64,000 nt of DNA from Octopus sinensis (lineage: Eukaryota): the NCBI RefSeq assembly GCF_006345805.1, contig NC_043006.1, positions 41,602,001 through 41,666,000 on the forward strand. The letters run 5' to 3'. The notes beneath the pieces were generated by a model. It was not told the DNA's origin. It ran no database searches and was given only the letters and a program-made list of their open reading frames with translations. Made by a program: the position numbers and the translations under genes. Every line of letters starts with the position of its first letter. Position 1 is the first letter of the stretch. Shown piece by piece: positions 51,524 through 64,000 of the stretch.

Positions 51524-51857
51524 GGCAGCGTTATTTAAACTCTATACTTGGGATGAACAATTTTAAATATTGTTGGAATTTTCTCATAAGGAAATCGAAT
51601 TTCACATATATACCATTCTGCCTTAAAAATGTATCTACAAATTCAATATCCCTACATATCTCACATCTATTTTCTTTCCTCCGCCTCACTCTCTATTTTG
51701 TATCCTATCTAAATTATCTATTACTTAACCATCCTCTCACACCGTCTCCGATGAAGGGATATAATTAATAAATATCCTGGAAACAAGTGTAAGACCTATC
51801 TATAAATGCTCTAATATCTACACAGCCTTGGTTTTTATCTTATTACGCAAAAACTTC

Positions 51858-51862
<5 letters not shown>
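51520..51862 (+). mobile_element. Penelope-like remnant with a hammerhead-like motif at 51744-51795
   Basis: GTCT [CCGATGA] A GGGATAT AATTAATAA ATATCCT G [GAA] AC AAGT GT A|AGAC. Flanked by (TA)n and (TG)n. Confidence 0.55.
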
Positions 51863-51894
<32 letters not shown>

Positions 51895-52744
51895 CACTAC
51901 ACGTTTAATTATTTATTTTTATCTGTCCCGCTATCTAATACAATATCACGCCAGATGAGCAAAGAGTTAAACTTAAGTGCTTAGTTCCCTCCCTTAGTAG
52001 ATTAAATAAGTACCAAAAATGGAACGTAAGTCTATTCCATCGAATACATCCTGTTCTGTAATTTATGATTGTGTTTCAACGCAAAATACGAATTCTTTCA
52101 AAAGGAAAAACGAAATGATTTCTTTTAGATGGTAGAAAATAGTGAAAAGTGATAAAATTCATGGAACATACTTGTAATAAAATAAACAAAGATTCATTAT
52201 TTCTTCAATATATATTCCATTACACTTCGAAAGTAGTGATATCAATTTTAGTTTCATTTTAGATCGTTATTATTTTGGTTCGAATTTTGTTTGATTAACG
52301 ACATACTAAGTACACTTATCTGTGCTGATAGTACTAATGGCCAAATTTTCGTCGAAATACAATCATCAATATCAAATATTTCCCTTATCAATAGCGGCCA
52401 ATTTTCATATCAACCATTTTATCACTGAAACAATGGTTGTACTTTCGTCTAATAGCTAATGGTGTAAAAATTTGCTTATGTGTAAAGAGGATTAGAAATT
52501 CTATGGGTACTTAAACAAGAGAAAAAAAAACAATGCAAAGTGTAACTCAGAGGATAGTAATGGAACAAAAGTATTCTAGTGGCATATGTTTTCCCTCAAG
52601 TTTCATATATAATCATCAATGTGTGTGTGTGTATTCGCACTAGCATATATTTATATATATACTAGTGCTAACACGCTATCTTTAATTTAAGGTATATTAC
52701 ATGTATCGTATATTTATGTAATATATATATATATATAAGTATAC

Positions 52745-53191
52745 ATAAGGAATGCAGCAATTAAGAATGGAGCAGAAAAGTCTTCGCATCTGATATGGAG
52801 TAGCCGAAATATTTGCAAATTCCGTAGCCGAAATATTTGCAAGCTCCATAGTCCGATAGTATTCACGGTCATCATGTGCGAAACTCAGTTTCATTGCAGC
52901 CACTTTGTAACTATGGCAAACTACACCATTAATAGTACTCATATCACCAAATGATGCAGCTCCGGAATATAATATATTCTTTTACTTGTTTCAGTCATTT
53001 GATTGCGGTCATGCTGGAGCACCGCATTTAGTCGAGCAAATCGACCCCAGGACTTATTCTTCGTAAGCCCAGTATTATCAGTCTCTTTTGCCGAGCCGCT
53101 AAGTTACGGGGACGTAAACACACCAGCATCAGTTGTCAAGGGATGTTGGGGGGACAAATACGACACACAACACACACACGCACACACACAC

Positions 53192-53289
<98 letters not shown>

Positions 53290-54540
53290 CGACGGGCTTC
53301 TTTCAGTTTCCGTCTACCAAATCCACTCACAAGGCTTTGGTCAGCCCGAGGCTATAGTACAAGACACCTGCCCAAGGTGCCACGCAGTGGGACTGAACCT
53401 GGAACCATGTGGTTGGTAAGCAAGCTACTTACCACACAGCCACTTCAGATAGAATTGCTTTTGTTCCTTCAGTGAAACAAAGTAGATATACCCAATCGAG
53501 TGTGTATTATTGTTTCTGAGATGCCACATTTTATCATTATTATTCCATGTGTAAAATTGAGGGAAATCAGTAGAGTGTAATGTATGTGCAAATGAGTTAG
53601 CTGGTGATTCCCGGTTAGCTCGCGTCCATTCAGAGAGTGGACGTGTCATGTCTGTACATAATATGTTGAATATCATCATCGTCGTAAAAGTAAATGTATT
53701 GCTGTTGGGGTAAATGAACTGCAAGCTGTTGGACTGCAGGATATGAACCATGTTATTTGAACCCTAAAGTCCTCCTGACTGCCACTGATGAGGATGCTTA
53801 GCGGTCATTGATATAATTTTCAGTTTCATCTTTGTGTGTTTGTTGTACAATGGTATGTCCAAGAATATTGACTGTCACCCAATCATGACCTTTATGAATA
53901 TATTTGCTAATATATTTAACTGATTTTACAGATGCACATATCTCTGCATTACAATGACCTCCATATTTGACTAAAAAGAAGAGAGAATATGGTACAACCG
54001 AACGAATATCTAATTCAACATTAGACTTTGTAAATGTAAAGCCATTATTTCGATGCCGGTAAAGTGGATAGCCGTTATAACTAATGTATTTTCCTGAAAG
54101 TCTTTAGGGAAATGTTTTTACATTTCCCATCCACCATATACGTTGCATTGGGTTTCTCTCTTCCACAAGGACTACGTAGCATGCTTTTGGTGACATGTTG
54201 AATTGGTTCCGTTTGTGGATTTGGAAGTTCAGTATAAACAAATTAATCATAATGTTCTTGCTCTTTTATTAACACAAACATCATATGACAATGGGGTAGT
54301 CCACGCTTTTCAAACTCTACAGTCCACATGTTCCCTGCAGCATCTCTCAAAACAGTCTTCTCCAAAATGTTATGCAAGAGATCCTGAAGTTTCATATTAA
54401 ACACTCTGTCAGTTAAATCTGGTCTGTCACCTGGATAAAGTTTGTCTGTGGTACCAGCCGAGCAACGAAAATTCTGACGCAAATGAAAATTAAATCACGG
54501 AGAAGTACTTGCAGAGCAAGTGGCTTGATCTGAGGTCGTG
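52745..54540 (-). pseudogene. Second, divergent and decayed Helitron Rep-domain relic interrupted by a SINE
   Basis: DRPDLTDRVF, VEFEKRGLPHCH (HUH 54293-54285), HCNAEICASVKSVKYISKYIHKG (Y2 53914-53900), HGSYPAVQQLAVHL, FPQFYTW...EQKQFYL, TINGVVC...QMRRLFCSIL. All are collinear with the intact RepHel; contains stops and frameshifts. Confidence 0.9.
52975..53444 (-). mobile_element. Major-family SINE inserted in the Helitron relic
   Basis: Hallmark gtcgagcaaatcgaccccaggacttattc...gccgagccgctaagttacggggacgtaaacacacc; internal (CA)n(TA)n. Confidence 0.9.
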
Positions 54541-54774
54541 TGCTGAAACAAAAACAATTGAAGCGTGGAAGATGTTTGTAAGCGATTTAAGAACACACGA
54601 AAAACCGTTAGATTCACTTCAATATTTAAATTTAATTTGTCAAAATATTTTCGTCCCTCTGAAACCGCGACCTGTTCACTGACAAAACATCGTGCTGCAC
54701 TTACACAGCACGTAACATTTCTTATACTTATATATACATATATGTATTGATGTAAGAATGATGTTCCTCTTTTG

Positions 54775-55143
54775 CCTCCTGTACATATTTCAGTCAGTTG
54801 ACTGCAACCATGCTGGAGCACCGCTTTTAGTCGAAGAAATTAATCCCAGGACTCATTCTATCGCGCTTTTTTGCTGAGCCGCTAAGTTTCGGGGACATAA
54901 ACACACCAAGGTCAGTTGTAAAGCGATGGTGAGGGAACAAACACAGACACACACATAAATATATATACATATATATATACATGGCAGGCTTCTTTCAGTT
55001 TCCATCGCCCAAATCCCCTCACAACGCTTGTTCGGCCCGACCCTATAGTAGAAGATATTTGCCGAAGTTGCCACGCAGTGGAACTGAACTCAGAACCATA
55101 TGTTTGTTAAGCAAAGTTCTTACTACAAAGCCACTCCTGCGCC
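54775..55143 (-). mobile_element. Major-family SINE
   Basis: Same hallmark body as 52975-53444 and 13051-13403. Confidence 0.85.
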
Positions 55144-55561
55144 TAGATGTACTTTTTATATTTATCCTTATATCCCTGATAATTTTAAAAAGTTCCAACA
55201 TGGTAAAGTAAAGATAATAAAACAAAGGTGGAAATGGCAAGAAATCTTATGATGATTTCGTATATTTTTGAAAGAAATAAAACAATATACGCTTTCGCTG
55301 CAAGCATCAGCTTTTATAGTATTATTTTTGTTATAGATTTAATATTATTGGGTATGTTGTAGGGTTTTATGTACAACTGTAAGTTGAGGAAACCCCGATA
55401 TGTCATAATTGAATAAACAAAACAATTCTTTTTGAACGGTGGACGTGGAATATAGAAATGAATGTGATATTAACTTGTAAATACGCACACACAAACATAT
55501 ATATAATATACATACGCACTGATACACACACGCACTCGCATAAATACATATATTCTCTCCA

Positions 55562-55598
<37 letters not shown>

Positions 55599-56181
55599 TA
55601 TATATATATATAAATATAGATATGTTTCTCTTTTCTCTCTCTCCTCATATATATATATATATATAGATAGATGTGTGTATGCATACATTTACACTCACAC
55701 ATACGGAAACATATACATATATGCACATATATATGCACAAACACACATAAATTTTAAAAATTACAAAAACATATGAGATATAAGAAGCCATATGTTGACA
55801 CAGTAATCAGTTATTAATAACAGAATTATTATCTACGTAGCTGCTAATTACTAAGATATACAACAAAGATCTTTCCGACAATTGTTTTAAGAGAGAGATT
55901 TACCAGATCAGTTGAGATAAAACTTTATCTATAGATCTGAATAATGCTCTTTCTGCAATGCCAAAGAAATACGCGCGAGGATATTGCTGTTAACGTGTTT
56001 GTTCCGTAATGTTCAATAAAAAGATATTGCTATTTTTGCTACGTTACAACAATAGTACATATCAACGGAATATTTTTCCGTAGTTGTGGTACGCACTTAT
56101 TTGATGAGCTCTTTTGCTTGTTTGTTGCTGTTTAATTTCCAAACTGGATTTCTACACATACTCTACGTATATAGAGGCATA

Positions 56182-56399
56182 TAAGTGGGGGTAGTGATAA
56201 GTCCCTGGCTTTAAGGGTATTGCGAAAGACCTGGATGGAAGCGCAAACATCCGAGTTCTTTTACAGTGCTTAGAAAAGTGAAGAATCACTGCAATAAGTG
56301 TATGCATCTAAGAGGGCAGTATGTTGAATAAAACCATAATTAACTGGTCCTCCTGTGTTTTCATTTTCCAAAGCTAGGAACTTTTGAACACCCATCATA
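56182..56399 (+). mobile_element. Mariner-derived MITE/deletion derivative
   Basis: Imperfect TIRs (gggggtagtgataagtccctggcttt / aaagctaggaacttttgaacaccc). Internal HCNKCMHLRGQYVE* matches the mariner transposase C-terminal pattern. Confidence 0.7.
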
Positions 56400-59153
56400 C
56401 ATATACCTGCATATACATAGACTCACACGCATACTCATACATGCATACATTTTAGATTTTACATGGCGTTCAATTTTAAAATCGTTAAAATTTATAAAGA
56501 TAATATTAGGTATATAAGTAACTTCCACAAATAGAACAAATATTACTACTATTATTTACTGGTTTACAAAAATCCATTGAGAATAAAGCTCACACCAAAT
56601 TTATTCAATCTCAAATTGGCTAAGCTTTTCCTCATATTTATTCAATTGTGCGCTATAATTTATTGGCAGTCAGGGGTTCACATTGTAGTGCGAATCAACA
56701 TTCTGCTGCCAATTTCCCCTCCTGACGAGGGAAGCCGGTATTATGAAAATATATATATATATGCATCTCTCTAAGGTCGAAACTGCTTGTCATCAGTGAC
56801 ATCGCAACTCATTTCTATAGGTGAGCGAACTGGAGCGACAAGAAATAAAGTGTCTTGCTCCAAAACACAACACACAGCCTAGTCCAGGAATCGAACTCAC
56901 TATCTCATGATTGTGAGCCCGAAGCTGTAACCATTCAGCCATGCGCCTTCACACACACACACACACACATATACATATAGCTTATGAGGGTTTGTATGTA
57001 TATAGGTTTATCTGCATAAGTATTTTATGCTTCTCCCTCACCTTCACTAGACAACCGGTGTTGGTTTGTTTGCATCCCTGTTACTTAGTAGTTCGACAAA
57101 AGAAACCGACAGAATACCTGCCCGACTTGAAAAATAAGTACTGGTGTGGAATGGTTCGACTAAAACTCTTTAAGGCAGTTCCCCATCATGGCGTAAGTCC
57201 ACAGACTAAAACAAACAAAATATTAAAAAATAAAACATGCCGGAGCAAATTAAGAGAACTAATCAATGCAAAGGTAAAATTAATTATACCCCATTCTCTG
57301 CCACCCATTAACATAATCAGACGTAACATCTGATTCAAACTTCCATTCTCTTGAAAAGTTACATTTGATAAATATTAAGAAATATTCATATTTCATATTA
57401 ATTACTGTTATAGACAATTAACCATTGAAATTAAGTAAAACAAGCCACAAGCCTTGTGTTGTTGAAACACAAACCAATGCTCTCTAATTAGGCATTCAAC
57501 GCTGATGGTATTATCTACGACTTTTGTGTCATCTCCAGTAGACCAAACACTATGTGCGAACACTGTATCGCTCGCCTGGAATATAAATTCAAACAAACAT
57601 ATTTCAACCATAAAGTCTTCTGTCACAATATAGCCAAGAGAAATATAAGGAAACTACTTAGGAGGTGAATGAACATACTTCAACATTCGGTACAAAGAAG
57701 ATCCTCTTAACATGGAAACCTCAGAGATATTTAACAGTGATCTTTGAATTGCACACAATTGAGAACAGTCATGAACAGCAATAAATATGAGGGTTATTTC
57801 GCATTTTCCACCTTTGCAATGAGAACGAAATTATACACATGCCAAGACAATGTAATAAAAGTTGTATAGGCACACTATTTTGTTCAGTAAACATTTGTTT
57901 CTCCTACATTCACCATTTTGCTCGCAGCACTTAGGCATCTTTTATGAGTCTTCTCTGTGACAATTTACACTCCAAATCCTCCATTTCGCGTTTGTTCCTC
58001 TGCTTTCCACCTCGTTCTGAACAATGGCAGAGGTGCTACATATAATTCTAATTAAACGAATAGCATAGCATTGTTCTATCAGTATGTCTTTTAAAGTTCA
58101 GGCCAGCAAAATGTCACTTCTTGAAAGGCTACATTTGAATATCTCATACAATAGCCACTGGGCTTTGAATATCGACGCTTTACTTCTAGGCTTCGTGAAA
58201 ACTGAAACGCGGAAAATAACTTAAATAATACTCTCTAAATATTCTCAAAATATGTGATGTACGTTATAAAAAATGCGCAAACTTAGTTACCTAACATTCA
58301 GTACGCTGTTTAGGAACGACGTGAACTCAATACCAATTAGTTTAATAGATAAAATTTTATCATTTAGTCATTTTTCTTCTGATAATTGTGTGTATTTAGA
58401 AATTTAAACAAGAATATTCATAGAAGAATTAGTTATGGTTTCTCATACGATGTCTTATGTTTATTTATCCCACTTATCATTGCTCAAATTTCTCTATTCG
58501 GATTAAATCATTTTCATGTTCGGTTCCTGAAACAATACAAGACATTTATTTGATGTCTACTATAGAAGATTAACATCGGTAAGAGATTTAACAGAGATAA
58601 TTGTCTAGAGTCTGTCGCCAGTTTTACTCCGAATTTGATATACTGGATCCTTAGTTCTGCATCAGATATTATTCTCGGTAAAAACTAATCACATCCCAGT
58701 AAATTGTTTCCATCATGTCTCTCCATTAATCTCTTTAATTGCTATTTGATTACTATGCCTCTCAACATCTTTTTAAATCCCCAGAACACGCACGAAATCC
58801 ATTGGAATCTTTCTTATACCTACTTAACACTATTTCGATTGCCTTTCTTTTTCCATTATTCTCGCAGCACTTTCCTACCAAAATTTTCTTTCTCGTACCT
58901 TTTTTTTATATATTTTTTAATTGTTTTACTTAGTTACTGCATCATTATCGTCACTCTCTTCATAATAATCTTTAATGTTTATCTTGCCTTTAATGCTCCT
59001 CGATATGTTTTTGTTTTTATCTTTCATTTTCATCCATTATATCACTTGTTGTTTTCGTACTTGATTGTTTCAATATTGCTCTTGTTGTTGTTCTTCTCCT
59101 TCTCCTCATTTCTCTTCCTCAAAATTCCATACTTATCTTCATCACCTGTTTCC

Positions 59154-59168
59154 CCACTAGGTGGCGCC
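59154..59168 (+). promoter_or_regulatory. CTCF-consensus-like motif
   Basis: CCACTAGGTGGCGCC matches the CCASYAGRKGGCRS core and sits in AT-rich unique sequence. Confidence 0.4.
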
Positions 59169-59539
59169 AACGAAGAAAACATAATATATTGATAACAATC
59201 TTCCTTTTGTCATTTGGATTTCTTATTATCTTTGATGTTTGTTTGTTTTTTATTGTTGTTCTCATAATTACTGTCGGTATCGAACGAAAACTATAAGCAG
59301 ATATCCTTAGATATCATAAAATATACCGCAATTTCTGAAACTAATTTGGAAATATATATATATATATCCCTCTGCGTTCTTTCAAGAAGTATTACTTGAA
59401 ATGTATTTTACTCTTTTATGAGAGATGAAAATGGCTGCTGTCAAGAAAAAAAATGGCATGCATAAATGAGGCTAATTACGTACATCAGTGTAGATCATAC
59501 GAACAAGGCCAAATGAACACAGCACAGCAGATTGATGGA

Positions 59540-59880
59540 ACTTCCACAGCCTTCTTCAAAGTCATATGTGGCATTCCGTCGGTTACGGTGATGAGGGTTC
59601 TCGTTAATCCAATCAACGCAACAGCCTGCATGTGAAATTAACGTACAAGTGGCTGAGTACTCCACAGACACGCGTACCCTTAACGTAACACGCAGGGAGA
59701 TTCAGCGTGACAGCAAATGTGGCAAGGATGGGCATTTCAATTACAAGTGCAGCTCATTTTTGCCAACTTAGTGGGCTGGATCACCGTGAAATAAGTTGTA
59801 TTCCCGAACGAGACAACGCGCCATCGGGAATTGAACTCACGACCATACGATCGTAATGCGATTGCGCTATGCACTAAGCT
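59540..59880 (-). mobile_element. tRNA-derived SINE (old copy)
   Basis: B-box-like ggaattgaactcacgacc; body aacagcctgcatgtgaaattaacgtacaagtggctgag matches the reverse complement of 61105-61185. Confidence 0.7.
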
Positions 59881-60952
59881 TCACTATATATTACTCTGTA
59901 CAAAATAATACAAGGTGATATACATTCTAAATAAATATGAACTGCTTGCAGATCACTTTACTCAAAAATTATCATTAATTATATTTCTTTATTTCTGGCC
60001 TTCTAATTTAAATCAGAACGCTAGTCTAAATGATAACCACATTGTTTGTCGATTCGACGACCCGCATTCAGTCGATTTGTATCAATTACGATTGACATGT
60101 TTGGATAGTGTTTATACAAATAAGTACAATACATTGTTATACAATAAAGCGAATTGCCCTCTATTTACGATATAGCCAAATGAAAAAGAGCTACTACTGT
60201 GACTACGGTTCCTAGAAGCTAGAAGTTCAAACTAATTTCAGTACAAAATTTTTATTTTTGGAAAGGAAGTGTAAGATATTGGTAAATCCATAGAGATTAA
60301 AAGTTATATCCGAAACAAACAGATCTATTGAGTTTTTGATGGCTATTCAAATAAGAACATGACCACCACACAGACGCTATAAGTACAAAATACGTATGTA
60401 ATAAGAAACGTTTCTAAGAGGGGTAGGTTCATGTACTTTCATAAGGTATTAGTAATGCAGTTAAATTTTAATTACCTCGGGACTGAAACCTAAAACAATT
60501 ATAAATAACCAACCGACACCTTATATGTTGGTGGGCCTTGCTCGCCATACGCAATCGTTAGAGATATATTTCATTGATATTTAACATTCGAGAATATCTC
60601 ACAATCGTATTGTTCCTCAGAATCGAAGCAAGCAGACATAAAATTATATCTTGCACGCTAAAGTATATTCACCATTTATCTAAGACTCCATGAAGTTATG
60701 TATCTCACTGATTATGCATTTATTAGCCCATTTTGTATTATATCTCAAGTCTTGTACTGAATCCACATAAAAATTGTGTGCGGACGAATTTATTCATACA
60801 AACTTCTTAATCTTTATTCACATATATAAACTGTCTTACAAAAGTGATTTGTCTAAACTTGTACTGTATAAAAGCTTGGATATGATGATAGGTCAATATA
60901 TTTAAGAACTGAAGAATGAATGTCTTAGTTACATTCTACTCACTTAAAAATA

Positions 60953-61262
60953 GTGGAGGCACAGTGGTTAGAGCAGCGGTGACGCGGTTGTAGGATCGCG
61001 GTTTCGATTCCCAGATCGGGCATTGTGCGTGTTTATTGTGCGAAAACACTTAAAGCTTCACAGGAGGGGGGGGGGCGAACCCTACTGTATTCTTAACTAC
61101 ATTAAGAGTACACGTGTCTGTGGAGTGTTCAGTCACTTGCACGTTAATTTCACGAGCAGGCTGTTCCATTGATCGGATCAACTGGGGTTGATCTAATCGA
61201 CTGGGTCCCTCCCAACAAAATTTCGGGCCTTGTGCCTAGAGTAGAAAAGAGAAGAACAGAGT
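60953..61262 (+). mobile_element. tRNA-derived SINE
   Basis: Head nearly identical to 28733 (gtggttagagcagcgg...ggtttcgattcccag) but with a different body (cacgtgtctgtggagtg...gatcggatcaactgg). Confidence 0.8.
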
Positions 61263-62332
61263 AGAAAAGAATTACGTATTGATGACGAGTTGCAATAGAA
61301 AGGAAGATCTTCGTTATATTTAGGGAGTGTATCATGCGTTTGAAGAAAAAAAACTATATTAATAACTTCTCATTAGAAAATATTTTCAAGATCTTTATTT
61401 ATGGAGGTTGTTCCAGTCGAGTGCGATAAGTTGGGGAAGCGTGTGTTGGAGCCATTCAGGCGGAGAAAATAATATTATGGTTTCTGTTGGAATTATTTAT
61501 GTTAAAAGTGATGTGATTATGTAATTATAACCTACCTGGATTATGCAGTAGGGTACAACATTATAGGCCGGAGTGAAATCCAACGGACCATGCTGCGGTG
61601 GGTTGATAATCAAAGAGTTGGCAGTGAACGAGATATGCATTCAATAGGCCAGAATGTTAGCTTGAGGGTTCTGATATCAGATACAGTGGAATATATTGTT
61701 AATATTAAGAGCACAAATATTGTCTTCCTCGAAGTTTTCAGAGACAAGATATCATCGGTAGGGTAAAGAGAGGCATAATACACATTACTGTTGGGACTGT
61801 GGTAATGAAAGTAAAGTTACAAATCCGAATGAAGAAGGACAGCTCTGAGTTAGAGCAGGAGAATGTCATTGCGATAATCAAGTAAAATCGGTAGGCAGCG
61901 AGTGGAATTCTAATACTTAAATTTATAGAAGAGTTGATTATGTATAGATTAATCAGAGTAGAAACGGAAGGGTCCACGATCTTATTCAGAGATCCAGGAT
62001 GGAAGAAGTTACGTTCGATTTCGAGACGAGCCTAAATATACTATGCAATGGGAAGAACACTCCAAAGTCTCACACTGGACAGGGTGTTGTGACAGACCGG
62101 ATGGAGATAAAAGATTCGTGTCTCGTAAATAGTAAACTGATGGAACGGTGTCGTGTCTTCAGTGATGGCTTGCTAAAAGTACACCTAACCTTAAGTTATA
62201 GGTGGATTTGAACCCTAATGAAAATTTAGTATATGCGTAAATGTGCCGTCTATATTTACGAAATCTAATGAATATGCAGAATTATTTAGAGTCTATGGTT
62301 ATTTGGTACTTTATGAATGTTATAATATTTGT

Positions 62333-62795
62333 TCAAGTGTGGCTGAGTGGAAGAATCTTGCTTTTCAACCACATGATTCAGGATTCAATCCTAATGCGTG
62401 ACACCATGGGCAAGTGTCGTCTACCTTAGCCTCGGTCCGACCAAACTCTTGTATGTGGGTTTAGTTGACGGAAACTGAAAGAAGCCCGCGGTATATATAT
62501 ATATATATACATACATACATGTGTGTGCGCCTGCATGTGTGTGTTTGTGTGCGTGTGAATATGTGTGCGCATGTGTGTTTGTGTTTATGCTTGTTCCTCA
62601 CAACCGCTTGGCAACCGATACTGGTGTGCTTACGTCCTTACGTCCCCGCAATATAGCGGTTGGCAAAAGAGACCGATGGAATAAATACTAGTCTTTAAAT
62701 AACATAGGTATTGACGTCGGTTTATTTCATTAAAATTTCCTAAAGGTAGTGCTCCAGCATGTCCGTAGTCTAATGACCGAAACAAGCAAACGATA
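62333..62795 (+). mobile_element. Major-family SINE
   Basis: gtgtggctgagtggaag head, ggattcaatcc B box, body and gaaacaagc tail. Confidence 0.75.
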
Positions 62796-63425
62796 AAAAA
62801 AATTGCACTTTGTTCCTGAAAAGAAATCCCAGCTTATGTCAAGTAGAAATATAGCTTTATTAACAATGTTAAAGCACTTAGTAACTTGAGCGATAGACAC
62901 TCATTCACACTGGGACATAAATAAATATTAAATATTGTTATTTTATGGTAATCTATTCTCTAATGACAGCCATTACTTTCTTACTTCAATGCATTTGTAA
63001 TATATCACGTAATATTAAAATTAAAAATTCTGAAAGAAATGATCAGACTGTTAACACCAAGTACAATAGGAAATCTGTGGAAATCTATTAGCGAAAAGTC
63101 TTGCTTCTCACCAATACATTGTCCAGTTCATAGCACAATATAGAAATTGCTTCATGCCACCTTAGGTCATTGAATTTACATCCGTCATATGAACTTGCAT
63201 AATATTCCAATCAACAAACTTCAGATCTTTAGGATAGACGCCAGTTATATTGCTCTCTTGAATTGAGCAACAGTGGATCGAAATGTTATTCTGTAAAACA
63301 AAAACATCTATAGTAAGCGTAAACACACAAGTAATATCGTATATACGTAATATTATACACACGGACACGTATGTCTGCGTCTGTGTGTTTATACAAATAC
63401 ATATTGTATGTGCCTGTATAAACGA

Positions 63426-63577
<152 letters not shown>

Positions 63578-63640
63578 GAAACAGGTTTAGTACACGTACA
63601 CACATATACACAGGCACACACACACACACATATATATATA

Positions 63641-63747
63641 CAGGGGGTGTATGAAGAATTTTGAGCCTTCAAGGTCTTTTTGCCTTGAAGCATTGTACCA
63701 TGTTTTGTTGGTTTTTTCGAGGCCCAAGACTTTTCATACACCCCTTG
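63641..63747. mobile_element. 107-bp mariner-like MITE
   Basis: TA then CAGGGGGTGTATGAAGAATTTTGAGCC ... GGCCCAAGACTTTTCATACACCCCTTG imperfect terminal inverted repeats. Confidence 0.7.
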
Positions 63748-64000
63748 TGTATATTTATATATATATATATATGATTCTACATTGTGCAGGGGCCACATGT
63801 TTTATCGAAACGTTATTCCTTGCAATATTTGATGCCCATTATGATTGACTAAGTCAGGAGGAACCCGTTTCCAAATCAAGAGAGCCAGGATTAGTTGGAG
63901 AAATTTGAACTCAAAAAGCAAAGATGTGGACCAAATACTGCAGGATAACTCGGTCAATTTGTCAGTATACACATACATACATACATACATACATACATAC

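Noticed and set aside
52640-52670. CTAG sites as a possible 3' end of the Helitron relic
   Set aside because: No hairpin upstream, and the helicase region is absent.
56722-56745. CTGACGA-GGGAAGCCGGTA, a possible deleted hammerhead
   Set aside because: No helix II; the downstream GAAAC...GTC abuts or overlaps a SINE and helix I does not pair.
57400-58050. Tc1-like HWFVFQQ and dUTPase-like TRNGGFG peptides on the minus strand
   Set aside because: Short isolated matches, no DDE triad, TIRs or other dUTPase motifs.
61330-62200. Possible old L1/Tx1 endonuclease relic on the minus strand
   Set aside because: No unambiguous catalytic motif recognised.

Overview
AT-rich, microsatellite-dense eukaryotic DNA. 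The tRNA-derived SINE families and (TA)n density suggest a coleoid cephalopod such as Octopus; this is inference from pattern recognition. Most short ORFs in the track are microsatellite artefacts. The dominant feature is a nearly intact 6.1-kb autonomous Helitron on the minus strand (45337-51473). It has both termini (A|TC ... hairpin-CTAG|T) and a Rep/Pif1-helicase gene with N-terminal 23-aa STPR-like repeats, broken only by two mutually compensating 1-nt frameshifts. The window also holds a second decayed Helitron Rep relic, two non-autonomous Helitrons, an internally deleted Gypsy element, a CR1/L2-type LINE fragment, R4/Dong-like 3' ends in (TAA)n, an RTE-like 5' fragment, mariner relics/MITEs and many SINEs. 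The most novel-looking signal is a set of short elements, mostly ending at (TA)n, that carry type I hammerhead-ribozyme folds with different catalytic-core variants (U3-A8, CUGUUGA+A, CCGAUGA+A, canonical CUGAAGA). They are associated with long palindromes, and one copy starts almost exactly at the predicted self-cleavage site of its relative. A cluster of phase-consistent candidate minus-strand exons at 25.5-26.3 kb, with one in-frame UAG, and a candidate first-exon region near 40.2 kb may mark an unidentified host gene. No rRNA, bona fide tRNA or CRISPR array was seen. All folds and alignments were done by eye.
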